Source: Macrostomum lignano
Taxonomy: Eukaryota
Direction: 5' to 3'
DNA: 44,655 nt
Assembly: GCA_002269645.1 (NCBI GenBank)
Contig: NIVC01000167.1
Coordinates: forward strand, 1 to 44,655
Within the stretch, counting starts at the first letter, position 1. Each line of letters begins with the position of its first letter. The notes under the pieces were generated by a model. The model was not told the DNA's origin, searched no databases, and saw only the letters and a program-made list of their open reading frames with translations. This document shows, one piece after another, positions 32,937-44,655 of this stretch. Position numbers and translations under genes: made by a program.

Positions 32937-35900
32937 TCAGCGCTTGCCGCGACGCGACCCGCAACAGACGCCGCCGGTGGAGACTTTCGAAGACTCCGAT
33001 TTCAGCGACGGGTCAGACGAGTCGGGCCAAGCCGCGGACGGCGAAGGCGGTGGCGGCGCCAAATTCTCGCGCAGAGTTGACCATGGCTGGGCTGGCCGGG
33101 CCACAAACTGGCTCACAATGATGCGGCCGAGCAGCAGGCGGAGCGCGCCGCAGTCGGCTAACTCAGGCCGAGTCCAATTGTCAAGCAGCCAGCGCGCTCG
33201 CGCGTCCCAATCATATTCAGCAGGCCGCTCATCCTTCCTAACCGAAGCAGTGGACACCGAGTCAGCATCGGTGGAGGCGTCGTTGCTCGCGTGAACCTCT
33301 CGAATCTTGCCTTCCAAATATCGCATTGCTCGCTCCATCTGGGACTCCAGCTGAGCCCAGTCTACGGAGGTGGCTCCACGAAACTGACTAAACACAATGC
33401 GACCAAGTAGCTGGCTTTGGTCGGCGTCGCTAAGCGCGCTTATTGTGGAAACCATTGGCGCCCTTTCACTGAAGGAAGTTTTAGAGCCAGATGCAGCACC
33501 AGCTTTATTGGCTCCTGCAGCCGCTTCATCAGCACCAGCACCAGTTTTTTCAACAACAGCTTTTACGTCACCTGAACCAGAGTCATCTGCATCGGCACCA
33601 GCTTCATCGGAGTTTTCAGAGTCTGCAAACCATATTGGCCAGCACTTTGTTGATTCTCGAGAACGCTCTGAAAGTTTATCACTGTTTACTCGTATTTTTT
33701 TAGGGATGGGAAAACGCTGTTGGACTCGAAGCCACGATTCGCCATCGAAATCCGACAAATTGCGAATGCTTCGATAGGGAGAAATTGCACGGTCGACAGA
33801 TCGGCTCCTCCATCTCTTTGAAGACAAGCGCTCAACAGAAGCTGGGCGTTCAAAAACTGACACAGAGCAAAAAGAGCCAGTAGAAAATAAAGTAGACTCA
33901 TCAGACGAACCGCGCCAAAAAGCTCGACGAGAAATACTCATGCTTCGATCAGCCGAATATCCATCCTCTTGCACATCCAAGCAAAGCTGACTAAACGAAA
34001 CACTGCTGCTACCATCGAAAAATTCTGATGATTCGAAACCATCAGATAAAACGTCCACCTCCGGGTTACAAATAACATCAAGGAGAAAGCGTAACTCGTT
34101 GACAACATCCAAAAAACGAACTGTCATCCTAGAAGCTGCAAAAATATTCCTTTCCTTAAGACACCCTGCCCCATCGAGCAAGTCCAGCTGGTGTCGCACG
34201 TCTTCGTCTACTTGCTTGTCGGCCTGATCTATTTCGACGAACTTGAGTTGATCCTCTTTGAATCGGCGCTCCGCTCTTGCAATGTCGCGGCGAGCGCGCT
34301 CATCGCGACGTCGTCGTTCGCGGCGACGGTGGCTCACGAGCTCTTCTAGACGCATGGCTTCCCGCTCTCGCTCTCTCTCTGGCGCCTTCAAATCGTCTTC
34401 TTTGCACAATGAAGGAAGCTCCTCTTCGATCTCGCTGGCCTCGCGATCTTCTAATACTTTGTCGTCGAACAGGTCTATCTGGTGTCGCACTTCCTCGTCT
34501 ACCAGTACTTCTTCGTCGGCCTGAACAATCTCGTCGACCTTGAATTGATCGTCTTCGAATCGGCGCTCCGCTCTTGCAATGTCGCGGCGAGCGCGCTCAT
34601 CGCGACGTCGTCGTTCGCGGCGACGGTGGCTCACGAGCTCTTCTTGACGCGCGGCTTCTCGCTCTCGCTCCCGCTCTGGCGCCTTCAACTCGTCTTCTTT
34701 GCCCAGTGAAGGCAGATCCTCTTCGATCTCGCTGGCTTCGCGATCTTCTAATACTTTGTCATCGAACAGGTCTATCTGGCGTCGCACGTCTTCGTCTACT
34801 TGCTTGTCGGCCTGAACAATCTCGTCTACCTCGAATTCATCGTCTTCGAATCGGCGCTCCGCTCTTGCAATGTCGCGGCGAGCGCGCTCATCGCGACGTC
34901 GTCGTTCGCGGCGACGGTGGCTCACGAGCTCTTCTTGACGCGCGGCTTCTCGCTCTCGCTCCCGCTCTGGCGCCTTCAACTCGTCTTCTTTGCGCATAGG
35001 AGGCAGATCCTCTTCGATCTCGCTGGCTTCGCGATCTTCTAATACTTTGTCATCGAACAGGTCTATCTGGCGTCGCACGTCTTCGTCTACTTGCTTGTCG
35101 GCCTGAACAATCTCGTCTACCTCGAATTCATCGTCTTCGAATCGGCGCTCCGCTCTTGCAATGTCGCGGCGAGCGCGCTCATCGCGACGTCGTCGTTCGC
35201 GGCGACGGTGGCTCACGAGCTCTTCTTGACGCGCGGCTTCTCGCTCTCGCTCCCGCTCTGGCGCCTTCAACTCGTCTTCTTTGCCCAGTGAAGGCAGATC
35301 CTCTTCGATCTCGCTGTCTTCGCGATCTTCTAATACTTTGTCATCGAACAGGTCTATCTGGCGTCGCACGTCTTCGTCTACTTGCTTGTCGGCCTGAAAA
35401 ATCTCGTCTACCTCAAATTCATCGTCTTCGAATCGGCGCTCCGCCCTTGCAATGTCGCGGCGAGCGCGCTCATCGCGACGTCGTCGTTCGCGGCGACGGT
35501 GGCTCACGAGCTCTTCTTGACGCGCGGCTTCTCGCTCTCGCTCCCGCTCTGGCGCCTTCAACTCGTCTTCTTTGCGCATTGGAGGCAGATCCTCTTCGAT
35601 CTCGCTGGCCTCGCGCGCTTCTAACTCTGCGTCATCGATCAAGTCCAGCTGGTGTCGCACGTCTTCGTCTACTTGCTTGTCGGCCTGATCGATCTGATCG
35701 ACCTTGAGTTGATCCTCTTTGAATCGGCGCTCTGCTCTTGCAATTTCGCGACGAGCGCGCTCATCGCGACGTCGTCGTTCGCGGCGACGGTGGCTCACGA
35801 GCTCTTCTTGACGCGCGGCTTCTCGCTGTCGCTCTCGCTCTGGCGCCTTCAACTCGTCTTCTTCGCCCATTGGAGGTAGATCCTCTTCGATCTCGCTGGC

Positions 35901-38900
35901 CTCGCGATCTTCTAATACTTTGTCGTCGAACAGGTCTATCTGGTGTCGCACGTCTTCGTCTACTTGCTTGTCGGCCTGAACAATCTCGTCTACGTCGAAT
36001 TCATCGTCTTCGAATCGGCGCTCCGCTCTTGCAATGTCGCGGCGAGCGCGCTCATCGCGACGTCGTCGTTCGCGGCGACGGTGGCTCACGAGCTCTTCTT
36101 GACGCGCGGCTTCTCGCTCTCGCTCCCGCTCTGGCGCCTTCAACTCGTCTTCTTTGCGCATTGGAGGCAGATCCTCTTCAATCTCGCTGGCTTCGCGATC
36201 TTCTAATACTTTGTCGTCGAACAGGTCTATCTGGTGTCGCACGTCCTCGTCTACCAGTACTTCTTCGTCGGCCTGAACAATCTCGTCGACCTTGAATTGA
36301 TCGTCTTCGAATCGGCGCTCCGCCCTTGCAATGTCGCGGCGAGCGCGCTCATCGCGACGTCGTCGTTCGCGGCGACGGTGGCTCACGAGCTCTTCTTGAC
36401 GCGCGGCTTCTCGCTCTCGCTCCCGCTCTGGCGCCTTCAACTCGTCTTCTTTGCGCATTGGAGGCAGATCCTCTTCGACGTCGCTATCCTCGCGATCTTC
36501 TAACTCTGCGTCATCGATCAAGTCCAGCTGGTGTCGCACGTCTTCGTCTACTTGCTTGTCGGCCTGATCGATCTGATCGACCTTGAGTTGATCCTCTTTG
36601 AATCGGCGCTCTGCTCTTGCAATTTCGCGGCGAGCGCGCTCATTGCGACATCGTCGTTCGCGGCGACGGTGGCTCACGAGCTCTTCTTGACGCGCGGCTT
36701 CTCGCTCTCGCTCTCGCTCTGGCGCCTTCAACTCGTCTTCTTCGCATTGGAGGCAGATCCTCTTCGATCTCGCTGGCCTCGCGATCTTCTAATACTTTGT
36801 CGTCGAACAGGTCTATCTGGTGTCGCACGTCTTCGTCTACTTGCTTGTCGGCCTGAACAATCTCGTCTACGTCGAATTGATCGTCTTCGAATCGGCGCTC
36901 CGCTCTTGCAATGTCGCGGCGAGCGCGCTCATCGCGACGTCGTCGTTCGCGGCGACGGTGGCCCACGAGCTCTTCTTGACGCGCGGCTTCTCGCTGTCGC
37001 TCTCGCTCTGGCGCCTTCAACTTGTCTTCTTCGCCCATTGGAGGTAGATCCTCTTCGATCTCGCTGGCCTCGCGATCTTCTAATACTTTGTCGTCGAACA
37101 GGTCTATCTGGTGTCGCACGTCCTCGTCTACCAGTACTTCTTCGTCGGCCTGAACAATCTCGTCGACCTTGAATTGATCGTCTTCGAATCGGCGCTCCGC
37201 TCTTGCAATGTCGCGGCGAGCGCGCTCATCGCGACGTCGTCGTTCGCGGCGACGGTGGCTCACGAGCTCTTCTTGACGCGCGGCTTCTCGCTCTCGCTCC
37301 CGCTCTGGCGCCTTCAACTCGTCTTCTTTGCGCATTGGAGGCAGATCCTCTTCGATCTCGCTGGCCTCGCGATCTTCTAATACTTTGTCGTCGAACAGGT
37401 CTATCTGGTGTCGCACGTCCTCGTCTACCAGTACGTCTTCGTCGGCCTGATCGATCTGATCGACCTTGAATTGATCCTGTTTGAATCGGCGCTTCGCCCT
37501 TGCAATGTCGCGGCGAGCGCGCTCATCGCGACGTCGTCGTTCGCGGCGACGGTGGCTCCGAGCTCTTCTTGACGCGCGGCTTCTCGCTCTTGCTCCCGCT
37601 CTGGCGCCTTCAACTCGTCTTCTTTGCGCATTGGAGGCAGATCCTCTTCGATCTCGCTGGCCTCGCGATCTTCTAATACTTTGTCTTCGAACAGGTATAT
37701 CTGGTGTCGCACGTCCTCGTCTACCAGTACTTCTTCGTCGGCCTGAACAATCTCGTCGACCTTGAATTGATCGTCTTCGAATCGGCGCTCCGCCCTTGCA
37801 ATGTCGCGGCGAGCGCGCTCATCGCGACGTCGTCGTTCGCGGCGACGGTGGCTCACGAGCTCTTCTTGACGCGCGGCTTCTCGCTCTCGCTCCCGCTCTG
37901 GCGTCTTCAACTCGTCTTCTTTGCGCATTGGAGGCAGATCCTCTTCGACTCGCTCCTCGCGATCTTCTAACTCTGCGTCATCGATCAAGTCCAGCTGGTG
38001 TCGCACGTCTTCGTCTACTTGCTTGTCGGCCTGATCGATCTGATCGACCTTGATTGATCCTCTTTGAATCGGCGCTCTGCTCTTGCAATTTCGCGGCGAG
38101 CGCGCTCATCGCGACGTCGTCGTTCGCGGCGACGGTGGCTCACGAGCTCTTCTTGACGCGCGGCTTCTCGCTCTCGCTCCGCTCTGGCGCCTTCAACTCG
38201 TCTTCTTCGCATTGGAGGCAGATCCTCTTCGATCTCGCTGGCCTCGCGATCTTCTAATACTTTGTCGTCGAACAGGTCTATCTGGTGTCGCACGTCTTCG
38301 TCTACTTGCTTGTCGGCCTGAACAATCTCGTCTACGTCGAATTGATCGTCTTCGAATCGGCGCTCCGCTCTTGCAATGTCGCGGCGAGCGCGCTCATCGC
38401 GACGTCGGCGTTCGCGGCGACGGTGGCTCACGAGCTCTTCTTGACGCGCGGCTTCTCGCTCTCGCTCCCGCTCTGGCGCCTTCAACTCGTCTTCTTTGCG
38501 CATTGGAGGCAGATCCTCTTCGACCTCGCTATCCTCGCGATCTTCTAACTCTGCGTCATCGATCAAGTCCAGATGGTGTCGCACGTCTTCGTCTACTTGC
38601 TTGTCGGCCTGATCGATCTGATCGACCTTGAGTTGATCCTCTTTGAATCGGCGCTCCGCTCTTGCAATTCGCGGCGAGCGCGCTCATCGCGACGTCGTCG
38701 TTCGCGGCGACGGTGGCTCACGAGCTCTTCTTGACGCGCGGCTTCTCGCTGTCGCTCTCGCTCTGGCGCCTTCAACTCGTCTTCTTTCGCATTGGAGGCA
38801 GATCCTCTTCGATCTCGCTGGCCTCGCGATCTTCTAATACTTTGTCGTCGAACAGGTCTATCTGGTGTCGCACGTCCTCGTCTACCAGTACTTCTTCGTC

Positions 38901-41900
38901 GGCCTGAACAATCTCGTCGACCTTGAATTGATCGTCTTCGAATCGGCGCTCCGCTCTTGCAATGTCGCGGCGAGCGCGCTCATCGCGACGTCGTCGTTCG
39001 CGGCGACGGTGGCTCACGAGCTCTTCTTGACGCGCGGCTTCTCGCTCTCGCTCCCGCTCTGGCGCCTTCAACTCGTCTTCTTTGCGCATTGGAGGCAGAT
39101 CCTCTTCGATCTCGCTGGCCTCGCGATCTTCTAATACTTTGTCGTCGAACAGGTCTATCTGGTGTCGCACGTCCTCGTCTACCAGTACGTCTTCGTCGGC
39201 CTGATCGATCTGATCGACCTTGAATTGATCCTGTTTGAATCGGCGCTTCGCCCTTGCAATGTCGCGGCGAGCGCGCTCATCGCGACGTCGTCGTTCGCGG
39301 CGACGGTGGCTCACGAGCTCTTCTTGACGCGCGGCTTCTCGCTCTCGCTCCCGCTCTGGCGCCTTCAACTCGTCTTCTTTGCGCATTGGAGGCAGATCCT
39401 CTTCGATCTCGCTGGCCTCGCGATCTTCTAATACTTTGTCGTCGAACAGGTCTATCTGGTGTCGCACGTCCTCGTCTACCAGTACTTCTTCGTCGGCCTG
39501 AACAATCTCGTCGACCTTGAATTGATCGTCTTCGAATCGGCGCTCCGCCTTGCAATGTCGCGGCGAGCGCGCTCATCGCGACGTCGTCGTTCGCGGCGAC
39601 GGTGGCTCACGAGCTCTTCTTGACGCGCGGCTTCTCGCTCTCGCTCCCGCTCTGGCGCCTTCAACTCGTCTTCTTTGCGCATTGGAGGCAGATCCTCTTC
39701 GATCTCGCTATCCTCGCGATCTTCTAACTCTGCGTCATCGATCAGTCAGCTGGTGTCGCACGTCTTCGTCTACTTGCTTGTCGGCCTGATCGATCTGATC
39801 GACCTTGAGTTGATCCTCTTTGAATCGGCGCTCCGCTCTTGCAATTTCGCGGCGAGCGCGCTCATTGCGACGTCGTCGTTCGCGGCGACGGTGGCTCACG
39901 AGCTCTTCTTGACGCGCGGCTTCTCGCTCTCGCTCCGCTCTGGCGCCTTCAACTCGTCTTCTTGCGCATTGGAGGCAGATCCTCTTCGATCTCGCTGGCC
40001 TCGCGATCTTCTAATACTTTGTCGTCGAACAGGTCTATCTGGTGTCGCACGTCCTCGTCTACCAGTACTTCTTCGTCGGCCTGAACAATCTCGTCGACCT
40101 TGAATTGATCGTCTTCGAATCGGCGCTCCGCTCTTGCAATGTCGCGGCGAGCGCGCTCATCGCGACGTCGTCGTTCGCGGCGACGGTGGCTCACGAGCTC
40201 TTCTTGACGCGCGGCTTCTCGCTCTCGCTCCCGCTCTGGCGCCTTCAACTCGTCTTCTTTGCGCATTGGAGGCAGATCCTCTTCGATCTCGCTGGCCTCG
40301 CGATCTTCTAATACTTTGTCGTCGAACAGGTCTATCTGGTGTCGCACGTCCTCGTCTACCAGTACTCTTCGTCGGCCTGACAATCTCGTCGACCTTGAAT
40401 TGATCCTGTTTGAATCGGCGCTCCGCTCTTGCAATGTCGCGGCGAGCGCGCTCATCGCGACGTCGTCGTTCGCGGCGACGGTGGCTCACGAGCTCTTCTT
40501 GACGCGCGGCTTCTCGCTCTCGCTCTGGCTCTGGCGCCTTCAACTCGTCTTCTTTGCGCATTGGAGGCAGCTCCTCTTCGATCTCGCTGGCCTCGCGATC
40601 TTCTAATACTTTGTCGTCGAACAGGTCTATCTGGTGTCGCACGTCCTCGTCTACCAGTACTTCTTCGTCGGCCTGAACAATCTCGTCGACCTTGAATTGA
40701 TCGTCTTCGAATCGGCGCTCCGCCTTGCAATGTCGCGGCGAGCGCGCTCATCGCGACGTCGTCGTTCGCGGCGACGGTGGCTCACGAGCTCTTCTTGACG
40801 CGCGGCTTCTCGCTCTCGCTCCCGCTCTGGCGCCTTCAACTCGTCTTCTTTGCGCATTGGAGGCAGATCCTCTTCGATCTCGCTGGCCTCGCGATCTTCT
40901 AATACTTTGTCGTCGAACAGGTCTATCTGGTGTCGCACGTCCTCGTCTACCAGTACTTCTTCGTCGGCCTGAACAATCTCGTCGACCTTGAATTGATCGT
41001 CTTCGAATCGGCGCTCCGCTCTTGCAATGTCGCGGCGAGCGCGCTCATCGCGACGTCGTCGTTCGCGGCGACGGTGGCTCACGAGCTCTTCTTGACGCGC
41101 GGCTTCTCGCTCTCGCTCCCGCTCTGGCGCCTTCAACTCGTCTTCTTTGCGCATTGGAGGCAGATCCTCTTCGATCTCGCTGGCCTCGCGATCTTCTAAT
41201 ACTGCGTCATCGAACAGGTCATCTGGTGTCGCACGTCTTCGTCTACTTGCTTGTCGGCCTGATCGATCTGTCGACCTTGAATTGATCCTCTTTGAATCGG
41301 CGCTCGCTCTTGCAATTCGCGGCGAGCGCGCTCATCGCGACGTCGTCGTTCGCGGCGACGGTGGCTCACGAGCTCTTCTTGACGCGCGGCTTCTCGCTCT
41401 CGCTCCCGCTCTGGCGCCTTCAACTCGTCTTCTTTGCGCATTGGAGGCAGATCCTCTTCGATCTCGCTGGCCTCGCGATCTTCTAATACTTTGTCGTCGA
41501 ACAGGTCTATCTGGTGTCGCACGTCCTCGTCTACCAGTACTTCTTCGTCGGCCTGAACAATCTCGTCGACCTTGAATTGATCCTGTTTGAATCGGCGCTC
41601 CGCTCTTGCAATGTCGCGGCGAGCGCGCTCATCGCGACGTCGTCGTTCGCGGCGACGGTGGCTCACGAGCTCTTCTTGACGCGCGGCTTCTCGCTCTCGC
41701 TCCCGCTCTGGCGCCTTCAACTCGTCTTCTTTGCGCATTGGAGGCAGATCCTCTTCGATCTCGCTGGCCTCGCGATCTTCTAATACTTTGTCGTCGAACA
41801 GGTCTATCTGGTGTCGCACGTCTTCGTCTACTTGCTTGTCGGCCTGATCGATCTGATCGACCTTGAATTGATCCTCTTTGAATCGGCGCTCCGCTCTTGC

Positions 41901-44655
41901 AATGTCGCGGCGAGCGCGCTCATCGCGACGTCGTCGTTCGCGGCGACGGTGGCTCACGAGCTCTTCTTGACGCGCGGCTTCTCGCTCTCGCTCCCGCTCT
42001 GGCGCCTTCAACTCGTCTTCTTTGCGCATTGGAGGCAGATCCTCTTCGATCTCGCTGGCCTCGCGATCTTCTAATACTTTGTCGTCGAACAGGTCTATCT
42101 GGTGTCGCACGTCCTCGTCTACCAGTACTTCTTCGTCGGCCTGAACAATCTGTCGACCTTGAATTGATCGTTTGAATCGGCGCTTCGCCCTTGCAATGTC
42201 GCGGCGAGCGCGCTCATCGCGACGTCGTCGTTCGCGGCGACGGTGGCTCACGAGCTCTTCTTGACGCGCGGCTTCTCGCTCTCGCTCCCGCTCTGGCGCC
42301 TTCAACTCGTCTTCTTTGCGCATTGGAGGCAGCTCCTCTTTGATCTCGCTGGCCTCGCGATCTTCTAATACTTTGTCGTCGAACAGGTCTATCTGGTGTC
42401 GCACGTCTTCGTCTACTTGCTTGTCGGCCTGAACAATCTCGTCGACCTTGAATTGATCGTCTTCGAATCGGCGCTCCGCTCTTGCAATGTCGCGGCGAGC
42501 GCGCTCATCGCGACGTCGTCGTTCGCGGCGACGGTGGCTCACGAGCTCTTCTTGACGCGCGGCTTCTCGCTCTCGCTCCCGCTCTGGCGCCTTCAACTCG
42601 TCTTCTTTGCGCATTGGAGGCAGATCCTCTTCGATCTCGCTGGCCTCGCGATCTTCTAATACTTTGTCGTCGAACAGGTCTATCTGGTGTCGCACGTCCT
42701 CGTCTACCAGTACTTCTTCGTCGGCCTGAACAATCTCGTCGACCTTGAATTGATCGTCTTCGAATCGGCGCTCCGCCTTGCAATGTCGCGGCGAGCGCGC
42801 TCATCGCGACGTCGTCGTTCGCGGCGACGGTGGCTCACGAGCTCTTCTTGACGCGCGGCTTCTCGCTCTCGCTCCCGCTCTGGCGCCTTCAACTCGTCTT
42901 CTTTGCGCATTGGAGGCAGATCCTCTTCGATCTCGCTGGCCTCGCGATCTTCTAATACTTTGTCGTCGAACAGGTCTATCTGGTGTCGCACGTCCTCGTC
43001 TACCAGTACTTCTTCGTCGGCCTGAACAATCTCGTCGACCTTGAATTGATCGTCTTCGAATCGGCGCTCCGCTCTTGCAATGTCGCGGCGAGCGCGCTCA
43101 TCGCGACGTCGTCGTTCGCGGCGACGGTGGCTCACGAGCTCTTCTTGACGCGCGGCTTCTCGCTCTCGCTCCCGCTCTGGCGCCTTCAACTCGTCTTCTT
43201 TGCGCATTGGAGGCAGATCCTCTTCGATCTCGCTGGCCTCGCGATCTTCTAATACTTTGTCGTCGAACAGGTCTATCTGGTGTCGCACGTCCTCGTCTAC
43301 CAGTACTTCTTCGTCGGCCTGAACAATCTCGTCGACCTTGAATTGATCGTTTGAATCGGCGCTCCGCCTTGCAATGTCGCGGCGAGCGCGCTCATCGCGA
43401 CGTCGTCGTTCGCGGCGACGGTGGCTCACGAGCTCTTCTTGACGCGCGGCTTCTCGCTCTCGCTCCCGCTCTGGCGCCTTCAACTCGTCTTCTTTGCGCA
43501 TTGGAGGCAGATCCTCTTCGATCTCGCTGGCCTCGCGATCTTCTAATACTTTGTCGTCGAACAGGTCTATCTGGTGTCGCACGTCCTCGTCTACCAGTAC
43601 TTCTTCGTCGGCCTGAACAATCTCGTCGACCTTGAATTGATCGTCTTCGAATCGGCGCTCCGCTCTTGCAATGTCGCGGCGAGCGCGCTCATCGCGACGT
43701 CGTCGTTCGCGGCGACGGTGGCTCACGAGCTCTTCTTGACGCGCGGCTTCTCGCTCTCGCTCCCGCTCTGGCGCCTTCAACTCGTCTTCTTTGCGCATTG
43801 GAGGCAGATCCTCTTCGATCTCGCTGGCCTCGCGATCTTCTAATACTTTGTCGTCGAACAGGTCTATCTGGTGTCGCACGTCCTCGTCTACCAGTACTTC
43901 TTCGTCGGCCTGAACAATCTCGTCGACCTTGAATTGATCGTCTTCGAATCGGCGCTCCGCCTTGCAATGTCGCGGCGAGCGCGCTCATCGCGACGTCGTC
44001 GTTCGCGGCGACGGTGGCTCACGAGCTCTTCTTGACGCGCGGCTTCTCGCTCTCGCTCCCGCTCTGGCGCCTTCAACTCGTCTTCTTTGCGCATTGGAGG
44101 CAGATCCTCTTCGATCTCGCTGGCCTCGCGATCTTCTAATACTTTGTCGTCGAACAGGTCTATCTGGTGTCGCACGTCCTCGTCTACCAGTACTTCTTCG
44201 TCGGCCTGAACAATCTCGTCGACCTTGAATTGATCGTCTTCGAATCGGCGCTCCGCCCTTGCAATGTCGCGGCGAGCGCGCTCATCGCGACGTCGTCGTT
44301 CGCGGCGACGGTGGCTCACGAGCTCTTCTTGACGCGCGGCTTCTCGCTCTCGCTCCCGCTCTGGCGCCTTCAACTCGTCTTCTTTGCGCATTGGAGGCAG
44401 CTCCTCTTTGATCTCGCTGGCCTCGCGATCTTCTAATACTTTGTCGTCGAACAGGTCTATCTGGTGTCGCACGTCCTCGTCTACCAGTACTTCTTCGTCG
44501 GCCTGAACAATCTCGTCGACCTTGAATTGATCGTCTTCGAATCGGCGCTCCGCCCTTGCAATGTCGCGGCGAGCGCGCTCATCGCGACGTCGTCGTTCGC
44601 GGCGACGGTGGCTCACGAGCTCTTCTTGACGCGCGGCTTCTCGCTCTCGCTCCCG
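32937..44655 (-). CDS. 3' part of a giant charged-repeat protein: ~35 copies of a 97-99-aa E/D/R-rich unit followed by a ~410-aa unique C-terminus. The N-terminus is beyond the window; frameshifts occur above ~36700.
   Basis: ORF 32937-36731 (1264 aa) runs from the repeats into unique sequence without a stop, and upstream fragments (e.g. 41196-42695, 42704-43879, 43888-44616) encode the same unit. Units are 291/297 nt. GC-richness drops immediately after the TGA. Confidence 0.8.
34172..44655 (-). repeat. Coding tandem array of 297/291-bp units
   Basis: Shadow ORFs recur at 297-nt (38865/39162) and 291-nt (34800/35091) spacing. Unit: RHQIDLFDDKVLEDREASEIEEDLPPMRKEDELKAPEREREREAARQEELVSHRRRERRRRDERARRDIARAERRFEDDQFKVDEIVQADEEVLVDEDV. 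Confidence 0.97.

Noticed and set aside
34258-44436. Recurrent + strand 88-89-aa ORFs (MSHVLVYQYFF..., MQCRGERAH...) as an array of small membrane-protein genes
   Set aside because: They are antisense shadows of the coding repeat, mostly start at GTG/TTG and stop in every unit, with no independent signals.
36700-44655. Many frameshifts fragmenting the E/R repeat ORF
   Set aside because: Scattered, mostly 1-2-nt deletions at inconsistent positions within otherwise near-identical units fit poorly polished long-read sequence better than biology.

Overview
Eukaryotic, intron-containing genomic DNA. GC-rich exons, AT-rich or minisatellite-filled introns and very high tandem-repeat load suggest an invertebrate; a Macrostomum-like flatworm is my inference, not demonstrated. 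Left to right: (1) a ~9.9-kb + strand reading frame built from 66/54-nt units, encoding a ~3,300-aa acidic D/E/A/S/P repeat protein, probably spliced to a 60-nt terminal exon ending RRGCCPL*; (2) a JMJD5/KDM8 JmjC hydroxylase (+) whose first visible exon starts at a splice acceptor with no ATG; (3) a 5-exon secreted CAP/SCP-EGF-ShKT protein (+); (4) purine nucleoside phosphorylase (+); (5) an 11-exon RYK/Derailed WIF-domain receptor pseudokinase (-) with one probable GC-AG intron and introns holding a decayed Tc1 element, a MITE, a CORE-like SINE and several different minisatellites; (6) the 3' ~11.7 kb of a - strand gene made of ~35 copies of a 97-99-aa E/D/R-rich repeat plus a ~410-aa unique C-terminus ending VCCGSRRGKR*. 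The most novel-looking objects are the two giant repeat proteins and the ATG-less JMJD5 start, which a flatworm spliced-leader AUG could supply. Exon models were derived by hand. Frameshifts inside both arrays look like long-read indel errors, so copy numbers may be assembly-dependent.
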